A DNA stretch of 64,000 nucleotides from Paraspadella gotoi (lineage: Eukaryota > Animalia > Chaetognatha). The first letter of the stretch is position 1; each line of letters opens with the position of its first letter. The stretch covers positions 17,508,628 to 17,572,627 of the forward strand of contig CM119263.1 in the NCBI GenBank assembly GCA_051294375.1. Direction: 5' to 3'. Both the position numbers and the translations under genes were made by a program. The notes under the pieces were generated by a model, which made no database searches, had not been told where the DNA came from, and was given only the letters and a program-made list of their open reading frames with translations. This document shows positions 1-64,000 of this stretch, in pieces.

Positions 1-1389
1 GGAGGAGGAGGAGGAGGAGGAGGAGGAGGAGGAGAAGGCGGCGTTGTGAAGGTGTCGTCATCATCGATTCTACCGACTAAGACGATGATTATCACAACGA
101 CGACGTTAGTGACAAAGATGATGATGATGACGACAAAGATTCGTATTAGTACACCACTCGAATGGCGGTGCACGCCTTTAATAAGCGTCGGAAAGCGAGA
201 CATCTTGTAAACGTAAATTGTAAATTTAATGGTTAATATTTAAAACAATAATAAAAAATTAACCTGTACTTACTCAGTCTCAGTGATAAAAGCCATTATC
301 GAAACGGCCAACCTAGTTTCTTTATAATACAAAGTTAAAGGAGTAAAGAGAGAGGGAAAGAAGTACGTAGAGAAGAAATAATTTGAAGAATTGAAGAGAG
401 AAAAGAAAAAGTGAGAGATATTTTTTCAAGTTTTATTTTTTTTTTTTTTTTTGAGTTTGTGAAAGAAGAAAAATTGAAATGATGAAGTTATAATGGGTTT
501 TTAAAAGGTTAAGAAGAGAGAGGAGGAGAGAGAGAGAGAGAGTCGAGAAGAGAAGGGCATGAGAATTGAAAAAATATGGTTGAAAAACATAGAGAACAAG
601 AAGGAAAAAAGAGAAAAAGATAAAAAAGAAAGAGAGAAAAGAAAGAAAGAAGAAAGAAAGAAGAAAGAAGGAAAGAAAGGAAGATAGAAAGAAACCAAAT
701 TCATACTTTAACGCAGGACAATTGTTTGCGTATATTAATGGCTTGTATATTAAACAATTCTGAAATTTTATTAATGTTCTTAATTCTTTATAATTCTTTA
801 TAAAAATAACGTCACTGTGCTTATCATTCATATAAGTTTAAAAAATGGAAGGATTAATCGTCGTAATTACGGGTCCTCGGCGTAGCAAATGCTCTGTACA
901 CAATCGCAATGATAATTAATTATGGTTACCAAATCACCAAATCATCAACAGTGAGAATAAGTCGTCGCCGCATTTATCGATGATTAACGAGGTCGGCCGC
1001 TACATTTCCGCTCCTCACCTCGGAGACAAGTTCGCTTAACGCTTTACCGACTCACTTCTCAAAAACGCAGCTGCGGAAAGGGGAAAAAAATACTGCGGCT
1101 AAAAAAAAAACAACACGAAACAAGAAAAAACATAACGCGAAGGGAATAAATGAAGAAAGAAAAAACAAAGACTCGCGATGGAAACAGAAATTCACAAGGG
1201 AGAGGAAAACAATGGCGAGGAACGCAAAAAGGAAATATTCACGCAACCTCGCCATATTTACTCTCACGATATCTCCCTCTTTCTCACTCTCACTCTCTTT
1301 TTCTTTTTGCTTCCTGCTGTTTTCCACTCTCATTCTTTCTGCTTCGCAAGTTTTTTTTTCACACCGTCGAGGTCTCTCTTTCCAATTAT

Positions 1390-1439
<50 letters not shown>

Positions 1440-2348
1440 CCGGGTTCGTTAAGATAGCGATCGATTTCCCTTTTCCTAAATACGTAATATCCATGCGTAT
1501 CTAATGTGATGTGCAATGTAATTTGGCCAAGATAATCCAATAACGAACAAGAAAATGAACAATTAAAAACTTGACTATTCCTGGAAATTAGATACTGTTA
1601 TGTCATTATCTTGTAAGAGTGATGGAGGCCTTAAACCACCAAAGCCAGTCCAAAGTCAGGGGCAAGATAGCTTATAAATTAAATGAATGGATATTTTTGT
1701 ACCGATTTTATAAAGATGAAAAAGGGTCAAAAAGTAAAAAAGAACTTGTATAAATCCTTCAAAAATATTTATATTCGACTTCCTGTATATAAACACTACG
1801 AGTGTAATGCGCCTCACTTTTAAAACTACTATAAACGCCTCCTACTAATCACCATCACGCATCGAACCTGCGTTGGCGCGTATATTGCGCAGCTTGCGTA
1901 CCTCGAGTAGTTCGCGCAACCGGTGTTTGCGTCTACTGGGTGGGTCACGTAACTAGACGCATCCTCCGCATCCGTTTATCGAGCGTGATACGCACCCGCC
2001 GTTAGCGCGCATTTCGTGCGTCACGCCGTCGCTCTTTCCTCATATCGGACGCGTCACTGAAACGTCGAATCTTGGAAGAGAAAACTTGGGCGGAAATTCC
2101 TTCCGCCGACGATGGAAGCGTGAATCATCTATTCCGTCGCTTCACCGAGATGCCGAGCGTGAATGTAAACGACCTATTCACAATCTCTCTCTCTCTCTCT
2201 CTCTCTTTTTTTTCTGTGATGTACTTCTTTCTTTCTTTTTTATTTTTTCTAAACCTGCATTTCTTGTCAAGCTGGAGACACGAAGACTATAACATCGAAG
2301 TGTTGAAGGGGAAAGGACGGAGTGGAGAGAGGAGACCAGAGAGAGAAG

Positions 2349-2430
<82 letters not shown>

Positions 2431-5149
2431 CAAAAATCGTCAGTGTCGCAAAGAAGGTGAAGAAGAAGATCGAAAAAAACGGAAAAGGAATGAAGGAAGG
2501 AAGGAGGAAATTGAGAAGCGTGAAATAAGAGGAAAAGAAATGAGTAATGGTGAAAATGAAAATAAGAAAAAAAATAAATGGTAAAACTGGAGAAAATATG
2601 CTGGGAGAATCTAGAAAGGTCCATAAGCTAAAGAAAGAATTCACAAAAGAATTTTTAAAAAAAAAGACTTTCTCGGTGAATAAATCTGCTAAATTTTGAT
2701 GCAGTAACTTCCCAGTCGGTCGAACGTGCCGGCTGGCAAGGTCAAGGCGAAAACGGTCCGCTGCCGGCCCCCGCCCGTCTCCCGAGTGGTCAGCCAGGTC
2801 GCCCCCGGCTCTTTGTTTTCCCGCCAATCATCGAGCCGTCGCTTTTCGGAACGAAGGTGAAAATCAGCGCCGAATAAAATCTCCAGCGGCGGAACATCGG
2901 CAACTCAGACCGAGGGACCGCGGCGCCGCCGTCGCTGGAGCGCTGATACTACTGCAACATTGCGATAAAGGAGATGCTGACGGCATAAACGGTTTCCGCG
3001 GCGGACTTATTTGGCCTCAGCTGCACTCAAGATGCCCGACGGTATTCTCCGCGTTCGTTTCCTCGTCCTCCCCGCATTATCCACTTTTCGTTCGGCCCGC
3101 ATCCTGTCTAGGTTGCCCTTGTCGTTTTGTTCGAGTTGTCAATGTTGTTCCTCCGCCAGTTAACCTCCCGTTTTTCCTCCTCCGGCCTTTTTTCGTCTTT
3201 TTTTCTCCTTTTTTTCTCCTCCCTTTTTCTTCCCCATTGGTTTTTTTAGTGACGCCTGTGTGTCGCTCGCGAGGCAGAGTTTTCCAGTTTTCATCTGCTT
3301 CTTTAGATTTATTAAGGTTTTTTATTGCGGTTTATTTTCGAGCATACAATATTGGAAGAGGAAATTTCATCGGCTTGCTTGCAGTACAAGTTCGACTCGA
3401 AACGGTTCAATCCTCACAATAAAAACAAACAGAACAGCAAAAAAGACAATACGAACTTAAATAAAAAAACCAGAAAAACAACCGACATATCAAACCTCGT
3501 TAACAAACAGAGGCAGCAACTGCAACATGCAACTCATGTTGCGAATTTAAGCAGCCCGAATAGAGGATTCCAAAGAAAAAAATAAAATAGGACTTCCCTT
3601 CTTAATTTGTTTGGCGACGGCCCGGCGCCGGACCTGGCTGGGCGGGCGGGCTGGCTGAGTCTGCAAAGCTCGTCACTTTTGTGGCGCGAAACCGCTAAAT
3701 CAACCGCTAAGAAAATGGACAAAGAGAGGCGAGAACTCGAACAAGCCGAAACAATACAGCGAAAGAAACAGTCGGGGGAGAACGGAGCGAAGAGAATGCC
3801 CGCTCAAATTGAAAAAAAACATTGAGTGTAAAAGGGAACATTTCTTAGTTGATGATCAAATTTGATTGATAATATAATATCTTTTTTTTATTAAATTAAA
3901 TGCAATAGTCATACAAATATTTCAGTTTATTAATCAATCTAGTCAATTAAGTGTTCAAATATTGATATTAATCAGTCGATTAATCAATCCAAACAAAAAC
4001 ATTTCGGATCAAATTAATAAATTAATTGCTAATTGATTAATTAACTTGAATTAATTAATAATTATTAATATTAATTAATTAATTAATTATCCGATAATGA
4101 TCGTGGGCAGATCCGACAACTTGTTTGCTCAAACTTGTTTAAGTTAAACTGACGTCTAACGTCGTTATTTGTTTTGTTTTTTTCTACAACTTTTTTTTGT
4201 TTAAAAAAATTAACATACTTTTTTAGTTTGCCTCGATAAAAGGGCTTATCTTTCGAGGAAGGAAAACCTCTTTCTTTGTTTGTTAAAATGAAACTTTGCA
4301 ACGCAATTATTGTACATCATTGTACTTCTTAATAATCTCTTTGTTAATACCGGGAATAGTTTACGTTTTTTTGTTTTTGTTTAGTTCGTCTTTTTTTTTT
4401 TCGACTTGGGCTAATTCGTGCTCTATTTCCTTTTTTTTTTCGTTCCTCTTTTTTTTTCGTCCTCGAGTTTTTTTTTTTTTTTTGTTTGTTTTTTGTTTCT
4501 ATTTTTCTCCTTTCTCCTTTTTTTCCCCTGTTTGTTGTCCCGTGTTCCTCTTTCCGAATAACTTTCACCGCATCTACGTATATAATTTGCACAACTTTTA
4601 TCGCCCCAACTCTCCTATTTACGTCCACTCCGAAGCACCCATGGGCCCACGGAATGAGAAGATAACGTGACGGGCTCTGCGGTAGTTGCCGCAAACGCCT
4701 ATGGCAGCTTTTGCCGCAATTGCTGCATATTCTTACCTCGGGTATCGTTGGCAGGTTTGTCGTTCCGGTTCGGATGATGAGAGACGAAATTTAATGCTAA
4801 TGCGGAACGATGATGAATGACGAAGGCGACGATGGCGATGACGACGACGACGACAATGACTACGAATGGGAGAGGAAGCACTCGAGAGAGAGATTTTGCT
4901 TGATTTCGAAATTATTATTAACGATAACGACGAAACCGATTGGAAAGACGAAGTTGACGGAGACAATGTGTTATGTATCGACGACGAAACGACGACCGAC
5001 GACGACGACGACGCCGAAGCAATAGTGCAAAATATGTTTTTTTGATTATTTTTCCACGTGTAAGTAGAGAGAGAAAGAGAGAAAGAGTTATCGTTGAGAT
5101 TAATATAAAAGTAGAGAGAGACGCGTAATGAAGATCGAGAGAGAGAGAG

Positions 5150-5224
<75 letters not shown>

Positions 5225-7043
5225 AAGGCGTCAGAAGTTTGGTTCATTTGAGAGGCTCAAGCAAACAAGGAAGCCTGCCACGATGAAAGAAAGATACGGA
5301 GCGCAGGGAAAACGCGGTGTGCGAGGCGTCTGCGATCCTGGGCGGAGTTGAGAGGAGCTGGCGGAGGGGGGAGGGTTTAGGGGTGAGGGTAAGATAGGGT
5401 AGTACGGAGATGTGAGGGGGTTGGAGGCAGAGTTCACGATTTTAGGGTAAGAAGGGGTGGGTAATGGGTGCGCGACGAACTTCTCTTAACGACATAAAGA
5501 AAAAGGAACCAAAAGAGTCACTTGATTTTTTAATTTTCAATGTTTTGATAAAAACAACATTTTCACCCTCTCTATGGTTTTTTTTTTTTTCCCATTCCAA
5601 CCTTGACAAAAATGAATCATGATGGTGCATTTTGCTTGAGATAATGACGCCTATTTTCGGAAGGAAGGAGGAGAGGAGGAGAGGAGGAGGAGGAGGAGAA
5701 GGCGGCGTTGTGAAGGTGTCGTCAACATCCGATTCCTACCGACTAAGACGATGATGACTACAACGACGACGTTAGTGACAAAGGTGATGATGATGACGAC
5801 AAAGATTCGTATTAGTAACTCCCTCGAATGGCGGTGCACGCCTTTAATAAGCGTCGGAAAGCCGAGACATCTTGTAAACGTAAATTGTAAGTTAATGGTT
5901 AATATTTAAAACATATAAAAAAAATTTAACCTGTACTTACTCAGTCTCAGTGATAAAAGCCATTATCGAAAACGGCCAACCAAGTTTCTTTTAATACAAA
6001 GTTAAAAGGAGTAAGAGAGAGGGAAAGAGAATACGTAGAGAAAGAAATAATTTGAAGAATTAAGAGAGAAAAGAAAAAAGTGAGAGATATTTTTTCAGTT
6101 TTGAGATTTTTTTTTTTTTTTTTTTTTTTTTGATTTTGTGAAAGAAAGAAAAAATTGAAATGATGAAGTTTATAATGGGTTTTTAAGGTTAAGAAGAGAG
6201 AGAGAGAGAGAGAGAGAGAGTGAGAAGAAAGGGCATGAGAATTGAAAAAATATGGTGAAAAACATAGAGAACAAGAAGGAAAAAAGAGAAAAAGATAAAA
6301 AAGAAAGAGAGAAAGAAGAAAAGAAGAAAGAAAAAAGAAGAAAGAAGAGAAATAGAAAGAAACCAAATTCATACTTTAACGCAGGACAATTGTTTGCGTA
6401 TATTAATGGCTTGATATTAAACATTCTGAAATTTTGATTAATGTTCTTAATTCTTTATAATTCTTTAGTAATAACGTCACTGTGCTTATCATTCAAAAAA
6501 GTTTTAAAAATGGAAGGATTAATCGTCGTAATTAACGGGTCCTCGGCGTAGCAAATGCCTGTACACAATCGCAATGATAATTAATTATGGTTACCAAATC
6601 ACCAAATCATCAACAGTGAGAATAAGTCGTCGCCGCATTTATCGATGATTAACGAGGTCGGCCGCTACATTTCCGCTCCTCACCTCGGAGACAAGTTCGC
6701 TTAACGCTATTTACCCGACTCACTTCTAAAAAACGCAGCTGCGGAAAGGGAAAAAAAATACTGCGGCTAAAAAAAAAACAACACGAAACAAGAAAAAACA
6801 TAACGCGAAGGGAATAAATGAAGAAAGAAAAAACAAAGACTCGCGATGGAAACAGAAATTCACAAGGGGGAGAGAAACAATGGCCAGGAAATATTCACGC
6901 AACTCGCCATATTTACTCTCACGATATCTCCCTCTTTCTCACTCTCATCTCTTTTCTTTTTGCTCCCTGCTGTTTCCAATCTCTCATTCTTTCTGTTCGC
7001 AAGTTTTTTTTTTCACACCGTCGAGGTCTCTCTTTCCAATTAT

Positions 7044-7126
<83 letters not shown>

Positions 7127-7869
7127 GTCCGGGTTCGTTAAGATAGCGATCGATTTCCCTTTTCCTAAATACGTAATATCCATGCGTATCTAATGTGATG
7201 TGCAATGTAATTTGGCCAAGATAATCCAATAACGAAATAAGAATGAACAATTAAAAACTTGACTATTCCTGGAAATTAGATACTGTTATGTCATTATCTT
7301 GTAAGTGTGAGGAGGCCTTAAACCACCAAAAGCCAGTCCAAAGTCAGGGGCAAGATAGCTTATAAATTAAATGAATGATATTTTTGTACCCGATTTTATA
7401 AAGATGAAAAGGGTCAAAAAGTAAAAAAGAATTTGTATAAATCCTTCAAAAATATTCATATTCGACTTCCTGTATATAAACACTACGAGTCGTAATGCGC
7501 CTCACATTTAAAACTACTATAAACGCCTGCTACTAATCACCATCACGCATCGACCTGCGTTGGCGCGTATATTGCGCAGCTTGCGTACCTCGAGTAGTTC
7601 GCGCAACCCGGTGTTTGCGTCTACTGGGTGGGTCACCGTAACTAGACGCATCCCTCCGCATCCGTTTATCGAGCGTGATACGCACCTGCCGTTAGCGCGC
7701 ATTTCGTGCGTCACGCCGTCGCTCTTTTCTCATATCGGACGCGTCACTGAAAACGTCGAATCTTGGAAGAGAAAACTTGGGCGGAAATTCCTTCGCCGAC
7801 GATGAAAGCGTGAATCATCTATTCCGTCGCTTCACCGAGATGCCGAGCGTGAATGTAAACGACTTATTC

Positions 7870-7880
<11 letters not shown>
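1..7880 (+). repeat. direct duplication: 1-~2200 repeated at ~5670-7880
   Basis: Near-identical sequence differing mainly by homopolymer indels. The second copy ends in (CT)n and an N gap. Confidence 0.92.
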
Positions 7881-21421
<13,541 letters not shown>

Positions 21422-21494
21422 CGAAGAATTTGCATTCCAACTTCCTCGACTCCTTATCTCCTCTTCCTTCGCTTTCTCCTCTCCTTCTACTATC

Positions 21495-21845
21495 TCTTTT
21501 TCTTCTTTTTTTTTCTTTTCTCTCTCTTTTTCTTCTTTTTAATCCTTTGCTTTTTTTTCTTTTCTCTCTCTTTTTCTTCTTTTTAATCCTTTGCTTTTTT
21601 TTTCTTTTCTCTCTCGTTTTCTTCTTTATAATCCTTTGATTTTTTTTCTTTTCTCTCTCTTTTTCTTCTTTTTAATCCTTTGCTTTTTTATTCTTTTCTC
21701 TCTCTTTTTCTTCTTTTTAATCCTTTGCTTTTTTTGCTTTTTTCTCTCTTTTTCTTCTTTTTAATCCTTTGCTTTTTTTTCTTTTCTCTCTCTTTTTCTT
21801 CTTTTTAATCCTTTGCTTTTTTTTCTTTTCTCTCTCTTTTTCTTA
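21495..21845 (+). repeat. ~42-bp pyrimidine-rich minisatellite (tttaatcctttgctttttttcttttctctctctttttcttct), also at ~27520-27895
   Basis: About 8 tandem units recognisable by the recurring aatcctttg core. Confidence 0.85.
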
Positions 21846-22540
21846 TTGAATATTTCTTATCTATCTCTTTCTATTTGCTCTTCTGTCTCGATTTTTCTCT
21901 CTTCTAATTTTTTGTCACTTTGTTCTACATTTCTCTTTTTTTTTATCTTCTATTCTTCCTTCTATTTCTTCTCGTTCTAGTAACTCTAGGGAATCTGTTT
22001 TATTTTTTCATTCGTTTTCTCCTTCTCTTTCCGCTTTTCTTTTTCTTCTTCTTTCCCTTTAAATTTTACATTTAATTTTCCCAACCATTGATTATTCCTC
22101 CCCAAGCTTTTACTCCCTTAAGTTTCTATTCTTTTTTTTTTTAATCTTTTTTAATGTAATTTAATAATTTTATCTCTTTAGTATCAATAACCTTAATCAT
22201 TTTAATCAAAACTGTTTTTTAAAATATATCTTAGTGCCTTTTTTTTAAATTAAACAAAAGCTTTACGTAACAAAAGCTTTACGTACGTAGAGTGTAAAAG
22301 CAAAATTCTCACTCCTTTTTCCTTCTTGATCCAACAACTTTAAAAATGTACCCAAAAGGATGTTTAAGGATAATTATAAAGTATTTTAAGGCTCAGGTAA
22401 GATGAGGACGACGACGACGACGAAAGTGACAAATTCACGACGACGACAGGGAAGAAGACGACGATGAATTTCAAAAGCTGCTCTGGTTCCATTAGCATAA
22501 AATCTTTTTCAAAGATGTCGATACGCCTTCGGGAGGAAGC

Positions 22541-22614
<74 letters not shown>

Positions 22615-22802
22615 GAGAGAGAGAGAGAGAACATAAGGAAACGCATTTCTTGCCCTCATCAATCATTCATTTTGAGAATTTCCCCGCGTTCCTGGCAAAT
22701 TAAAATTAATCAACGTTATCTTTTTCCCGCAAATTTAATCATTTTCTACCACGTGGTATGGTACGAATTAAATTCCCCCCCCCCTTTTTTTTCCCCGCTC
22801 AG

Positions 22803-63529
<40,727 letters not shown>

Positions 63530-64000
63530 GTACGGATAAGTTTCAGCTTTTCTTCTTTTCCTCCTTTCTCTCCTCCCTTCCTCCCTTTCTTCCTTTTCTC
63601 CCGAGTTCCATCCTTTCTTTATCTTTTTGAGGCTCTCGCTTTTATCTTTGTCTTTCTCTAATCGATTTAAGTGTAAAAATTGTCAATTCTATTCTTTAGT
63701 AACACATTGCAGATTGTGCAATGGAATATGAATAATCCATTAAATACTTCTCTATCTCATTTCCCTCTCTTTTAAAAAAAAAATGCTTCAATGGAATCTT
63801 TTGTTGATTATTTTTATTTTTTTTTTTTTTTTTTTTTCTTTGAAACCAAACGAGGTTTTCGCTTTCGATTAAGTTCGATTCTCAGTTTCAACGCATTATT
63901 CATAAACTCGCTCATTTTTGTTGCCCTCTTGAGATTAAAAAAAAAATTGTATTAGAATAAATTTAACATGGACTTAAAAATGGGTGAACCGTTTTACTCC

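Noticed and set aside
21495-21845. Regular ~42-bp repeats as a CRISPR-like array
   Set aside because: There are no unique spacers; it is a low-complexity minisatellite in a eukaryotic intron.

Overview
This is AT-rich animal (probably invertebrate) genomic DNA, saturated with (GA)n, (GAC)n and (TAT)n microsatellites. The assembly is error-prone: it has homopolymer indels, four N gaps, and large near-identical duplications across 1-30 kb. Most of the window lies inside a large + strand unc-13/Munc13 gene. Its identifiable exons are Tyr/Asp-rich and low-complexity linker exons (22.8-38.4 kb), the calmodulin-binding exon (38.8-38.9 kb), the 'SIPLVSDL' and 'TMAAT..LNDEEL' exons, and the C1-domain exons (63.0-63.5 kb). 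The ~20.6 kb intron after the CaM exon holds two nested, convergent XK-related (Xkr/CED-8 scramblase family) genes. It also holds two or three candidate alternative 5' exon sets, most ending in the same splice phase as the CaM exon. Comparing the duplicated copies exposes two presence/absence insertions: a ~650 bp miniature LTR retroelement (TRIM-like) and a Penelope-like insertion carrying a degenerate minimal hammerhead motif. A long-TIR MITE and a decayed LINE RT fragment are also present. Most ORFs in the supplied track are microsatellite artefacts.
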